The notes under the pieces are model-generated. The model was not told where the DNA came from, did not search any database, and saw nothing but the letters and a program-made list of their open reading frames with translations. The translations under genes and the position numbers were made by a program. From an uncultured Gammaproteobacteria bacterium (lineage in GTDB: Bacteria > Patescibacteriota > Microgenomatia > Levybacterales > UBA12049), in NCBI GenBank assembly GCA_964562445.1, contig CAZLSZ010000001.1:10755-74754 (forward strand): a stretch of 64,000 nucleotides of DNA. Reading direction: 5' to 3'. This document shows positions 54,447-63,998 of this stretch, piece by piece. Numbering within the stretch: the first letter of the stretch is position 1; the number at the start of each line of letters is the position of its first letter.

Positions 54447-56408
54447 TTGTATACTTATGTTATGGATATGTTGACAAATTTTTTTTGGGGAATTATTACT
54501 TTTTTTATGATTTTTGTAGGATCGATATTTTTTGTCATTATATTCGGAATCCTTTTATATAGAGTATTTTTGCGATTAAGATACAATAAGTTATTGAAAA
54601 AAAATTTAGAATCAAGAGAACGGTTAGTATTAGAAGTAAAAATATCAGAAAATAATGAAAGAAAAGAAGAGGGAATGGTAGCATTTCTTCGGTCACTCCA
54701 TAGATTTTTATCATCGGGTACAGTTATTAGTTTGGAGATAGTTTCGAGTAAACAATTTCTTTCTTATTATATAGTTACTACTAGAAATAAAAGACAAATT
54801 ATAGAATCTCAATTTTACGCTCAATTTCCCGATGCTGAGATTATGGAAGTAAAAGATTATCTTTCCCAATGGAAAGAAAATACCGAATATGCTGAACTTT
54901 CATATAAACAGCATAGCATGGCAGCATTAAAGAGCTACGAAAATAGTGATGAAGATATATTGAAAAATTTGTCAGCACTACTTGCCAAAAGTGACATGCA
55001 GGATGAGGTTGCAATTCAGTTGGTCATGGAAAGAATTGGAGCAAAGTCGATGAAACAAGGATTTTTTGCACTGTATTATAAAATTTTGAATTCATCAAAT
55101 GAGAGTAAAGCAACACAAAAATTATCACAGCATCTTTTTCTGGGGAAATTGCGTATTGCTTACACATCCCGTACAAAGCGTGAGGCGAGAATGAAATTAC
55201 ATACCTTTTTACCTATATTCAAGTCAGTAAAAAGTTCGAGTAATGAGCTCGTCAAAAAATCATCGTTTTTCCCCATTGTTCTTGCAAAAGCATTTGCGGC
55301 TCGAATATTTGAACAAGGAGATCTCTGGTCAATTCCGGAAATTGTTACACTCTATCATTTCCCGACAAAAGAAAATACATTTTCCAATGTAGTACGAGCT
55401 CATTCTAAAAGGGCTGCTCCACCTGATATCCTTCCTCGGGAAGGACAGTATCGGCCCGGGCAAATAGCATTAATTGGGGAAACAAATTACCGAAATGAAA
55501 AGATACCATTTGGTATTTTGGATGAAGACAGGAGAAGACATTTGTATGTTATCGGGAAAACAGGTGTTGGGAAAAGTCGATTTTTGGAATTATTGATGAT
55601 GAATGATATACAGCAGGAGAAGGGATTTTGTTTATTAGACCCTCATGGTGATTTGGCAGAAGCAGTCGTTAAACGTGTTCCTAAAAATCGTATCAAAGAT
55701 GTTGTATACGTAGATCCGTCGGATAGAGATTTTCCTATCGGGTTTAACCCATTGGAATATACAGATAATTATGAAAAAAGGCAGCATATCGCTTATTTTT
55801 TTATTGCGATATTTAAAAAATTATTTGCTTCTGACTGGAATGAACGAATGGAACACATTTTGCGAAATATTGTTCTTGCACTATTGGAGACACAGGATTC
55901 AAATGTCTTGGGTATAAATAGGATAATAACCGATACACAATATCGGCATAGGGTAATCAATCAGTTGCATGACCCTGTCGTTAAACAATTTTGGGCAAAT
56001 GAATTTTCATCGTGGAATGAACAATATTCGTCACAGGCAATAGTCCCGATCCTCAATAAAGTAGGGCAGTTTATCAGCAATCCTATCATCCGTAATATGG
56101 TTGGTCAGCAAAAAAATATGCTCGACTTTACGTCATTTATGAATGAAGGCAAGATTGTCATCCTGAATATTTCAAAGGGAAAACTTGGAGAAGATAATGC
56201 GGCATTATTGGGATCTATGTTTATTACCAAAATACAGCAAGCTGCTCTCTCACGGGCAAACATCTCTGAAGAAGAGCGAAAAGATTTTTATTTTTATATT
56301 GATGAATTCCAGAATTTTGCAACTGATGCCTTTCAATCAATTCTATCGGAATCCAGGAAATATCGACTCAATTTGACGATTGCGCATCAATATATAGATC
56401 AGCTATAA
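54447..56408 (+). CDS. TraG/VirD4-like (type IV coupling protein / FtsK-HerA superfamily) membrane-anchored P-loop ATPase, terminated by an in-frame TAA
   Basis: N-terminal TM helices. Walker A HLYVIGKTGVGKSRF. CLLDPHGDLAE (VirD4-like DPxGE). Walker B-like FYFYIDEFQNF. Ends ...TIAHQYIDQL immediately before the TAA. Confidence 0.7.
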   Translation: MYTYVMDMLTNFFWGIITFFMIFVGSIFFVIIFGILLYRVFLRLRYNKLLKKNLESRERLVLEVKISENNERKEEGMVAFLRSLHRFLSSGTVISLEIVSSKQFLSYYIVTTRNKRQIIESQFYAQFPDAEIMEVKDYLSQWKENTEYAELSYKQHSMAALKSYENSDEDILKNLSALLAKSDMQDEVAIQLVMERIGAKSMKQGFFALYYKILNSSNESKATQKLSQHLFLGKLRIAYTSRTKREARMKLHTFLPIFKSVKSSSNELVKKSSFFPIVLAKAFAARIFEQGDLWSIPEIVTLYHFPTKENTFSNVVRAHSKRAAPPDILPREGQYRPGQIALIGETNYRNEKIPFGILDEDRRRHLYVIGKTGVGKSRFLELLMMNDIQQEKGFCLLDPHGDLAEAVVKRVPKNRIKDVVYVDPSDRDFPIGFNPLEYTDNYEKRQHIAYFFIAIFKKLFASDWNERMEHILRNIVLALLETQDSNVLGINRIITDTQYRHRVINQLHDPVVKQFWANEFSSWNEQYSSQAIVPILNKVGQFISNPIIRNMVGQQKNMLDFTSFMNEGKIVILNISKGKLGEDNAALLGSMFITKIQQAALSRANISEEERKDFYFYIDEFQNFATDAFQSILSESRKYRLNLTIAHQYIDQL

Positions 56409-56453
56409 GAAGATATCAGATCAAGTGTTTTTGGGAATGTAGCATCATTATTT

Positions 56454-56783
56454 GTGTTTTCTGTTGGCGGCCAAGATGCTTCATTTCTTTCCAAAGAATT
56501 TGCGCCCATATTTACTGCCGATGATATCCTCAGTTTGGAGACTCGCGATATGTATGTGAAAATGTCCATAAAAGGGAGGGTTGCAAGACCTTTTTCAGCA
56601 AGAACCATTACGACATCTCCACAAGAACATAGTTATTTGCCTGATATTATTTCCTACACACATATGCAATATGCCACTAATAGAGTTGCTGTAGAACGAA
56701 ATATTGAAAAATGGACAAATGCGAAATCTACATTACATCAGGAGCATGCTGATAATTCCGAATTTCCGGAACCGATTCTCTAG
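56454..56783 (+). CDS. ORF in the same frame as the preceding ATPase; the sequence reads as its C-terminal region (possible pseudogene fragment or readthrough product)
   Basis: In-frame continuation across the TAA at 56406-08: ...DQL*EDIRSSVFGNVASLFVFSVGGQDASFLSKEFAPIFTADDILSLETRDMYVKMSIKGRVARPFSART. The first ATG of the downstream frame is at 56454. Confidence 0.4.
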   Translation: MFSVGGQDASFLSKEFAPIFTADDILSLETRDMYVKMSIKGRVARPFSARTITTSPQEHSYLPDIISYTHMQYATNRVAVERNIEKWTNAKSTLHQEHADNSEFPEPIL

Positions 56784-57703
56784 ACTGTGAGGGAATCCCA
56801 ATTATTATCTTTATCTGTCAATTGAGGTAATATAATTGCGGATATTTTTTCGTATTCTTCTTTAGAAAATTGCCTATTCAATATGCAGTACTCCTTATAT
56901 TGTAAATTGACGCAGCCGATACTATTTTTTACGCCTTTACAGTTAAATAAATACCAACTATCCTGACAGTTTGCAGAATTAACAACAAATTGTGAATTAT
57001 AGCAAGTGGGGGAGTCAACAATTTGATACGCATACTCACATCCTTTTGCAGCATATGTTAAGTCATAACTGTGTTTGCAATCAAATGTATCATATAAATA
57101 TCCACTATCTTCATTCCTTGATGAATCAAACACCATATAACAATTTTTGCTGTCATAATGGAAGTTTCCATATGGGGAATTAACATTTCTTTCGGAAATA
57201 CTTTGCGTTATGGGATACCGTGATTGCAGTTCTTCAACCACGCTAAGTACCTGTGAGGGCTGTAGCGCTTTATATTTAGGAAGAAGTCTTTCATATTCCT
57301 CTTGAGAGTATTGACGATTAAAAATGCAATACGATTTATTTTTTAGGTTGCAACATCCGAATATATCGTGACAATTGGAAATATTGTTGCAATACATCGC
57401 GTCTCTAGTATTATCCATGTCTGCGCTATAATAACAATTAAAGCATTTGTATAGATCAACTCCTTCATAACACGATTCTGACTCTACGGTATAATCGCAG
57501 TCTTGACTGTTTGCTACCAGATGGCAGTCAAATAAATAAACTGAGTCCGAACTTGATGACGTATCAAAACAATACGCTAAATTTTTAGAGGCAAATACAT
57601 GATCACTATAATTACAATTTTCGGAGTAGAACACTCTAGTTTCTTGTTTGGGGTATCGATCAAGTAATCGTTGTAATTCTTGAAAAAAAGTTTGCTTGGT
57701 CAT
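56780..57703 (-). CDS. cysteine-rich tandem-repeat protein (307 aa), unknown family
   Basis: Two ~130-aa halves, each ending C(I/L)(F/L)NRQ(Y/F)S(Q/K)EEYE(R/K). Each half is built from ~20-aa units of the form C-x-(Y/F)-x3-5-S-x5-Y-x2-4-C. About 30 Cys in total. Confidence 0.6.
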   Translation of the reverse strand: MTKQTFFQELQRLLDRYPKQETRVFYSENCNYSDHVFASKNLAYCFDTSSSSDSVYLFDCHLVANSQDCDYTVESESCYEGVDLYKCFNCYYSADMDNTRDAMYCNNISNCHDIFGCCNLKNKSYCIFNRQYSQEEYERLLPKYKALQPSQVLSVVEELQSRYPITQSISERNVNSPYGNFHYDSKNCYMVFDSSRNEDSGYLYDTFDCKHSYDLTYAAKGCEYAYQIVDSPTCYNSQFVVNSANCQDSWYLFNCKGVKNSIGCVNLQYKEYCILNRQFSKEEYEKISAIILPQLTDKDNNWDSLTV

Positions 57704-57704
57704 A

Positions 57705-58016
57705 TTATACTTCGGGTAAAGGGTCGTTTATGATAGGATCGTTGGATAAAAAGTAGTCTTCATAATCCTTTTTACAATATATGGGATTTTTTACCGTTGC
57801 AGGATTTTTTGCAACTATGATATCTTTTCCACATTGCTGGCACTGTGTTTTATAAAGCATACGTTCTCCTCCACGAAGTGTTAATCTCCGCATTTGTCTG
57901 CATGTCGGACAATTGTCGGGGAGTGGAAGTCTTTTTTCTTTAAGGAATTCCTGCTCCTGTGTAATGATAAGAAATTGCTTTCCGCATTTAGAACATTGCT
58001 TTGTTGTATTGTTCAT
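57705..58016 (-). CDS. double zinc-ribbon protein (103 aa)
   Basis: CSKCGKQF...CPTCRQ and CQQCGKDI...YCKKDY. Confidence 0.55.
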   Translation of the reverse strand: MNNTTKQCSKCGKQFLIITQEQEFLKEKRLPLPDNCPTCRQMRRLTLRGGERMLYKTQCQQCGKDIIVAKNPATVKNPIYCKKDYEDYFLSNDPIINDPLPEV

Positions 58017-58055
58017 GCGTATAGTATAGTGTATTTCTGAAACGCTTTCAATGCA

Positions 58056-58415
58056 TTAGAGTTTAACCTCTGCATGGGCGAGGGTGTGGGGCCAAAGTTT
58101 GGGGTCTCCATGGCGTACTGTATCTGTCGTGACAAGCATACCTTTATTTGGGATATGCCCTTCGTGTTTGCGAAGCTGATTTTCAAACGTTTGCCTAGCA
58201 AATTTTTTAAGTTCATAATTGTGCGGATCGCCTGTTTTATTGCCAAAATGCTTTTGAACTGCTTCTCTTGTTGTCCAAATCTCGACATTTCTTAGATTAT
58301 TTCCTCCTTGGTCAAAATGGGATACATTTATTTTATACATATTCCCTTTTGGTGTAACTTTTATGGGATGACTTGTTTGAATGGGTGGTACGGGATGTAA
58401 TACTGAAAGATCCAT
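58056..58415 (-). CDS. hypothetical protein (119 aa), first gene of a 3-gene operon with the Zn-ribbon and Cys-rich proteins
   Basis: His/Asn-rich (SHFDQGGNNLRNVEIW...HEGHIPNKG...RHGDPKLWPHTLAH). No family recognised. Confidence 0.5.
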   Translation of the reverse strand: MDLSVLHPVPPIQTSHPIKVTPKGNMYKINVSHFDQGGNNLRNVEIWTTREAVQKHFGNKTGDPHNYELKKFARQTFENQLRKHEGHIPNKGMLVTTDTVRHGDPKLWPHTLAHAEVKL

Positions 58416-58455
58416 ATGAAATTATTATTAATAATATAGATTTGTTTGTCAATTA

Positions 58456-59487
58456 TTATATATTTTCCTCAATTTCTTTTTGTACAGTTTTGCTCAGATG
58501 TTTTACGGAAGATAATTTTTGTCCCATCGTTAGAAATCCTTTGTTTACATTTGTATATTGATTAGACGCATTTCCTATATGCTTTCCGAGTATGTCAAGA
58601 GAATCATTTACTTTCTCATAATCTATTTGAAGGCTTTTAAGTAATCGTAATACTTCTTTTGATTGCTCTTCAATTTTATGTCCTTCATATGAAAGAAGGA
58701 TTGTTTGTAAATGCGCGTAAAGTGTCGTAGGAGAAACAATATACACACGCTTTACGCGCGCATATTCGACAAGTTCATGCAAATTAACGATTTCATAAAA
58801 TACTGATTCGCTTGGAACATACATGAGTGCGAAATCCATCGTTCCCTCATCAGGTAAGATATATTTTTTTGCAATTGCATCGATATGTTTTTTTATATCA
58901 CGTACAAATTCTTTTTTCAGAGAAGGTTTCATATTTTCGTCCTCTGTCAGAAGCATTTTTTGATAATTTTCCATCGGAAATTTAGAATCGATTGGGAGTA
59001 TCCCCGCATCTGTCATAATGGCAGCATCTACTTTTTCGCCGGATTTAAATTGATACTGCAGATGGAAACTATTTTTTGGAAAAATTTGCGTGATAAGATC
59101 TTTGAGAATCTGCTCTCCGATATTTCCACGCATTTTCGGACTTTTGAGAAAATCCTGTAATTCCTTCATGCTTCTGCCGATTTCGCTCATCTGGCCGACT
59201 TCTTTCCCGACGTCTCTAATCACTTCCGCAGCTTTATCCAATCTTTCGTTTAACTGTTTTGAATTTTCTTGGAGTGTGCGAACCATAGTAGAAGAATTTG
59301 AGTGCATAGAATCATTGATAGCTTTATTTGTCGTATCGAGTGACTGCTGCATTGTTTTGAGCCATTCGATAAGAGATTGATCAGTTTTTTGGTCACGCAG
59401 CTGTGCGATTTTTTTGTTTATTATAAAAATGATAATAAAAAAGAAAATTATAATTACGCTGAGGATAATGAGCAGTTCTGTCGACAT
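58456..59487 (-). CDS. rmuC: DNA recombination protein RmuC
   Basis: N-terminal TM and coiled coil. MRGNIGEQILKDL..., GILPIDSKFPMENY, ALMYVPSESVFYE. Confidence 0.8.
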   Translation of the reverse strand: MSTELLIILSVIIIFFFIIIFIINKKIAQLRDQKTDQSLIEWLKTMQQSLDTTNKAINDSMHSNSSTMVRTLQENSKQLNERLDKAAEVIRDVGKEVGQMSEIGRSMKELQDFLKSPKMRGNIGEQILKDLITQIFPKNSFHLQYQFKSGEKVDAAIMTDAGILPIDSKFPMENYQKMLLTEDENMKPSLKKEFVRDIKKHIDAIAKKYILPDEGTMDFALMYVPSESVFYEIVNLHELVEYARVKRVYIVSPTTLYAHLQTILLSYEGHKIEEQSKEVLRLLKSLQIDYEKVNDSLDILGKHIGNASNQYTNVNKGFLTMGQKLSSVKHLSKTVQKEIEENI

Positions 59488-59526
59488 AGCGCTATTGTAG
59501 CAAGTTACGATTTATTTTACCATGTT

Positions 59527-60276
59527 TTATGGTGTCATCCCTTCATATGCGAAGTGACTACCGGTGTTCCTGACGCAAACGTATTTCGTATTTGCCCGCA
59601 TATTTTCTGCATGTGGAGGAGAGTTCTTCCATAATGTTACGACATCCTGCTCATTGGTATTCATGGCAATATTTTCAACAACAGTACTCCATGAAGCATA
59701 TGGAAGCTTTTTTGTATCGATACGCTGGGAGAATCCGTCATGATTAAATGATGTGACAATCTCCTCAGCTCGTAATTTCGCAAAATCGCATGTAGCGCTA
59801 TTTTCTCTGACTATAGAAAGTCCGAGAGAAGTTCTATATTCATTAATTTTTTTGATTATGAGTGATTCTTCGGGATTCGTTTCAGGGGTGCTTTGTGTGG
59901 GAGAAAGACTTGCAGCTGGATTACTCATTTTTTTTGTGTCTACTTTTGTGATGTTGGGAGATGGCGATACAATTGGTGCATTATCTAGCTTTTTTTGAGA
60001 AGAAATAATTTGTTTTTCTTGCTGCACAAAGATTGTAGGAGTAGGATACACATAGATCGTGGGTGTAGGTCCGATAATATTTTTCTTACCTAGTATTGCT
60101 TTTCTTTGTGCAGATATTGTTGCTTGCTGTACAGCACTTGTTTTTATATGTTCAAAAAAATGTGGTTGTATTGGTGATATTTGCGCAAATGTTTTTTCGT
60201 TAGGGTGCAGGAGATAAGAAAACAAAATGACTACTATTACCAAAAATCGTAGTAGAGATTTTATCATGAGATACAT
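59527..60276 (-). CDS. CAP (SCP/PR-1-like) domain secreted protein
   Basis: Signal/TM LLRFLVIVVILFSYLL. IIKKINEYRTSLGLS...HDGFSQRI...VENIA...LWKNSPPHAENM. Confidence 0.7.
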   Translation of the reverse strand: MYLMIKSLLRFLVIVVILFSYLLHPNEKTFAQISPIQPHFFEHIKTSAVQQATISAQRKAILGKKNIIGPTPTIYVYPTPTIFVQQEKQIISSQKKLDNAPIVSPSPNITKVDTKKMSNPAASLSPTQSTPETNPEESLIIKKINEYRTSLGLSIVRENSATCDFAKLRAEEIVTSFNHDGFSQRIDTKKLPYASWSTVVENIAMNTNEQDVVTLWKNSPPHAENMRANTKYVCVRNTGSHFAYEGMTP

Positions 60277-60333
60277 TTATTATATCTGCATGAATAATGA
60301 TGTCAAGATTGATTTTGCAATCTAAATGACGTA

Positions 60334-61410
60334 TCAGAAATATAACTCAGGATCCGCTGTGATGTCTTTCCAACTTTTTATATTATGATGGAAGTACGCG
60401 GCTGCAGCGATCATTGCCGCATTATCTGTGCAGAGTGTGGGATGCGGTATATACAAATGTATAGTATTCTCTTTTGTTTCTTTTTCAAAAGCAGAGCGAA
60501 GTAGTTTATTTGCCGAGACTCCGCCTGAAAGTAAGACAGACTTCACATGATATTCTTTTGCGGCGCGCATCGTTTTTTTTAATAATACATCAATTATTGC
60601 TCTCTGAAGAGATGCGCACAAATCTGATAGTGTTTGTTTTTCTTCTAGCGATGCAGTATCCGTCAGCCGGATTTGATTCCAGCCCCCTTTTGTTGTTTGT
60701 GATGTTGTGCGGAGTAATGGGAAATGTTTTTTTGTGGTATTAAGGAATGCCGTTTTTAAACCCGAAAAGGAAAATGCATAATTTTTGTCATTTATCATGG
60801 GGCGAGGGAAAGGGAATGCTTTTTCATTGCCGGTTATTGCCAGTTTTGATATATGCGGACCTCCCGGATATGCATATCCCAGAAGTCTCGCGCATTTATC
60901 AAAACATTCCCCCGCAGCGTCATCTCTCGTGCCTCCCAAGAGCTGCATATCACCATGATTTCTCAGTAATAATAAGTCAGTATGTCCCCCTGAAACAACA
61001 AGGGCAATTGCAGGGAATTCTATATTGTTTTTATTGTCAATCCAATTGGCATAAATATGTCCTACCATGTGGTTCACCGGAATGATGGGTTTTTGTAATA
61101 CATATCCGATGGTTTTGATCGTTTCTACACCTACCAAAAGAGACCCGATGAGACCGGGGCCATACGTAATAGCGAGTGCATCAATATCTTTTATTGCAAT
61201 TTTTGCTTCATCAAGGGTTTGGGTTAGGACAGGAAGCATATATCTAAGCTGCTCTCGTGCTGCCTGCTCCGGGATGATGCCCCCTGTTTTACTATGCAGA
61301 TCTAATGATGAAGATGTAGTATTTGCTAGGAGATGTACCTTATTATTATCACCTGCAATAATTGCAGCTGATGTTTCGTCACAAGATGTTTCTATACCCA
61401 GAATAACCAT
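60334..61410 (-). CDS. tsaD: tRNA N6-adenosine threonylcarbamoyltransferase TsaD (Kae1/YgjD family)
   Basis: ILGIETSCDETSAAI. Metal-binding HMVGHIYAN. VVSGGHT, GGVSANKLLR. Confidence 0.9.
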   Translation of the reverse strand: MVILGIETSCDETSAAIIAGDNNKVHLLANTTSSSLDLHSKTGGIIPEQAAREQLRYMLPVLTQTLDEAKIAIKDIDALAITYGPGLIGSLLVGVETIKTIGYVLQKPIIPVNHMVGHIYANWIDNKNNIEFPAIALVVSGGHTDLLLLRNHGDMQLLGGTRDDAAGECFDKCARLLGYAYPGGPHISKLAITGNEKAFPFPRPMINDKNYAFSFSGLKTAFLNTTKKHFPLLRTTSQTTKGGWNQIRLTDTASLEEKQTLSDLCASLQRAIIDVLLKKTMRAAKEYHVKSVLLSGGVSANKLLRSAFEKETKENTIHLYIPHPTLCTDNAAMIAAAAYFHHNIKSWKDITADPELYF

Positions 61411-61484
61411 AATTGGTGCAATTATTATATCATGGAGCTTTATACTATTTACATTTTACAAATAAGCGAGGTACACTTAACTAT

Positions 61485-62150
61485 ATGTCCGCATCAACGA
61501 TAAAGATTATTGCTCTCATATTTATGCTGATTGATCATTTCGGTATGTTTTTCTTTCCACAGGTGTTTGCCTTCAGAATTATTGGCAGATTATCATTTCC
61601 ATTGTTTGCGTGGACGATTGCGAACGGAGCTCACCATACAAAAAATAGTGCACATTATTTTTTCAGATTGGTGCTTTTTGCAGCTATCTCTCAGATACCA
61701 TATGTGCTCTCTATACGGCAGCTTGCCCCAGGTTTTAACGGTTTAAATGTATTCTTCACACTGAGTATAGGTTTATTAACAATTATGTTTGTGAGGCAGA
61801 TAAAAGATACATTTTATCGATTACTGCTTACATTTCTTATGGCACTAATTGCTCAGTTAATAAATGCTGATTATGGGGCATACGGGATACTGGTAATTAT
61901 GATATTTTACTTCTTTTATCATGATTGGAGGAAAATGCTTATTGCGCAAATTTTTCTCATGGGGCTTGTCTCTCTTATCAGCTATTATTACGCAAATATG
62001 CTGGGGATGTTCCGAGTGTTTGGAATTCTCTCCGTATTATTGCTTCTTTTGTATAATGATAAAAAGGGAAAATCGCTGAAATATTTTTTCTATATAGTGT
62101 ACCCTTTACAATTTATTCTATTTTATTTTATGCTTGAGGCGCTCAAATAA
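61485..62150 (+). CDS. TraX family membrane protein
   Basis: Start at ATG 61485 (MSASTIKIIALIFMLIDHFG, the TraX N-terminal signature). Polytopic. Confidence 0.65.
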   Translation: MSASTIKIIALIFMLIDHFGMFFFPQVFAFRIIGRLSFPLFAWTIANGAHHTKNSAHYFFRLVLFAAISQIPYVLSIRQLAPGFNGLNVFFTLSIGLLTIMFVRQIKDTFYRLLLTFLMALIAQLINADYGAYGILVIMIFYFFYHDWRKMLIAQIFLMGLVSLISYYYANMLGMFRVFGILSVLLLLLYNDKKGKSLKYFFYIVYPLQFILFYFMLEALK

Positions 62151-62615
62151 CTATTTTGTTTTTTCGATGATAACCTCATCACCGACTTTTATATTAAATT
62201 TCTTAACTGATCCGGCGTTAATCTCTAATACTTTGTTTGCCGGAACTTTTGATCTATAGACCGGAAGATTTTCATTGGGATACAGGGGTGCTGGAACCTC
62301 CTCAAAAATGGTTACAATTTTGTTATCATTGATGTAAATAATATCAAGCGGAAACTCCATCCCTTTCATCCAAAACGGATAATCACCTTTATTGGGAAAT
62401 ACAAAAAGCATTCCCTGATTTGCGGGCATAGAACCTTTGCCAGATAATCCTTTTTTCAAATCTTCAGCTTTATCAATTATTTGCACGTTAAATGTTTCCT
62501 CTTGTACGATTACTTTCCCGTTTATAGGAGTGCCTTTTTTATATTGGAAAAATATTAACCCCCCAAAAATAAGGATAATAATCAAAAATACTAATAAAAA
62601 TTTATTAAGACTCAT
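62151..62615 (-). CDS. DUF192 domain protein (COG1430) with N-terminal TM anchor
   Basis: GLSGKGSMPANQGMLFVFPNKGDYPFWMKGMEFPLDIIYIND. Confidence 0.7.
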   Translation of the reverse strand: MSLNKFLLVFLIIILIFGGLIFFQYKKGTPINGKVIVQEETFNVQIIDKAEDLKKGLSGKGSMPANQGMLFVFPNKGDYPFWMKGMEFPLDIIYINDNKIVTIFEEVPAPLYPNENLPVYRSKVPANKVLEINAGSVKKFNIKVGDEVIIEKTK

Positions 62616-63112
62616 AGAATTTCTTTATCAAGTAAATGAAACAATGCTGTTGTTGATTTCTCGGAAATGTGCTCCGTAACATCTTTCACAATAGCACCTA
62701 TTTCCCTTGCCTGCCTTTCTTTATGAAAACGCAGTAAATCCCCCTTTGTAGTAGAGATTATAGCAGGTTTTATCATAAATACCAGCCTATCATAGTCTTT
62801 ATCGGTCATATGAGGCTCCAATAAGCAGATATAATCCACATATTGTATCGCTGAAAGGATCTTAGCACGATCTAACTGCGTGTTGATAGGTCTTTTTTCT
62901 CCTTTATTTTTCTTTATAGTTTCATCTGCTTCCAGCAAGATTATGAGAATATCTCCCTGTTTTTTTGCTTCCTGCAAAAAGGTAATATGTCCGACATGTA
63001 ACAGATCAAAGCATCCCCCTGCTACGACAACTGATTGTTTTTTTTGGGAAAGAATATCAGTAAGATCTTTAATGTTGGTTAAAGAAAAGATTTTATCCGA
63101 TTGTCTGTGCAT
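62612..63112 (-). CDS. cytidylyl/adenylyltransferase-like nucleotidyltransferase (RfaE domain II / TagD-like)
   Basis: VVVAGGCFDLLHVGHITFLQEAKKQGDILIILLEAD (HxGH motif). Confidence 0.7.
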   Translation of the reverse strand: MHRQSDKIFSLTNIKDLTDILSQKKQSVVVAGGCFDLLHVGHITFLQEAKKQGDILIILLEADETIKKNKGEKRPINTQLDRAKILSAIQYVDYICLLEPHMTDKDYDRLVFMIKPAIISTTKGDLLRFHKERQAREIGAIVKDVTEHISEKSTTALFHLLDKEIL

Positions 63113-63113
63113 A

Positions 63114-63998
63114 TTATTCTTTTGTGCCTTTCATGTATACGGCCTGCCAAGGGCGATAATGGGAGGTGAATTTATCTGAGAGGTATTCCTTTCCATCTTT
63201 TGTAACAATTCTTGTAAAGTAGACGTTTGCTCCCGGAGCGGCAAAATCAATTTGTTTTACCTCACCTTTGGGCATATTCGGATCGTCCTGATAGAGAGGC
63301 TCAGGAGCGGGAGATTCAGAAAGCATAATTGGTTTTCCTATGCTTACCTGACGATTATCTTTTGTTCCGTACAGCGTAAAGTATATTTCCTGCGCTGCCA
63401 CATCCACATATGTTTGAATAAGGATATGATGCATTGTATCATTCTTAAATCGCAGATCAACTGACGGAGTATATATAGCAGCATCAATCCCTGGTGCGGA
63501 ATCTTGTTCATAATATCCCACACGATATGCGTGCGGATTCCTTTCCACAATCGGAAGTCCGGTATTTAATGCGGCTCGAAAAAGTGTTGTAGATACTTGA
63601 CAGACACCTCCGCCGTCACCCAGTACTGTTTTTCCATTTTGTATGACGTATGCTTGTTTGTATCCATTAAGAGATGTGATATCTCCCACAGTTTTATTAA
63701 AAGAAAACGTTTCTCCCGGCTTGATAAGCATGCCATTGAGTTTTGATGCCGCAAGGTTTATATTATATGAGCGATTTTCAATAGATCCTTTAAAAGAAGA
63801 TTTCCCGCTGCCTATTTCTTCTTTAATTCCCAAGGAATTAGCTTTGTCTTCAGCAACAGCTGCCAATATTTTTTTTATAGGCAAGCTCATATTGACGGAT
63901 TGCTGCTCTCCTGTCTCAAGCACATTTTTTAGTTGGTTTATGACCGCCTGTTTTACTTCTATCTTATCTATTTCTTGTCCGTCCTTTCCTTCCCGCAC
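63114..63998 (-). CDS. VanW family protein (5' end runs off the window)
   Basis: ETFSFNKTVGD...GYKQAYVIQNGKTVLGDGGGVCQVSTTLFRAALNTGLPIVERNPH. The frame is open to nt 64000. Confidence 0.75.
   Translation of the reverse strand: MREGKDGQEIDKIEVKQAVINQLKNVLETGEQQSVNMSLPIKKILAAVAEDKANSLGIKEEIGSGKSSFKGSIENRSYNINLAASKLNGMLIKPGETFSFNKTVGDITSLNGYKQAYVIQNGKTVLGDGGGVCQVSTTLFRAALNTGLPIVERNPHAYRVGYYEQDSAPGIDAAIYTPSVDLRFKNDTMHHILIQTYVDVAAQEIYFTLYGTKDNRQVSIGKPIMLSESPAPEPLYQDDPNMPKGEVKQIDFAAPGANVYFTRIVTKDGKEYLSDKFTSHYRPWQAVYMKGTKE

Noticed and set aside
56406-56408. Alternative genetic code (stop-codon reassignment) as the explanation for the in-frame TAA in the ATPase gene
   Set aside because: TAA, TGA and TAG each terminate well-supported genes in this window (e.g. 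rplB TAA, ABC permease TGA, the kinase TAG). A global reassignment is therefore not supported, leaving a local nonsense mutation, sequencing error or readthrough.
61413-61484. TraX start at 61413
   Set aside because: It would begin 3 nt from the divergent tsaD start, leaving no promoter space, and would add a non-hydrophobic 24-aa leader. The TraX signature begins at ATG 61485.
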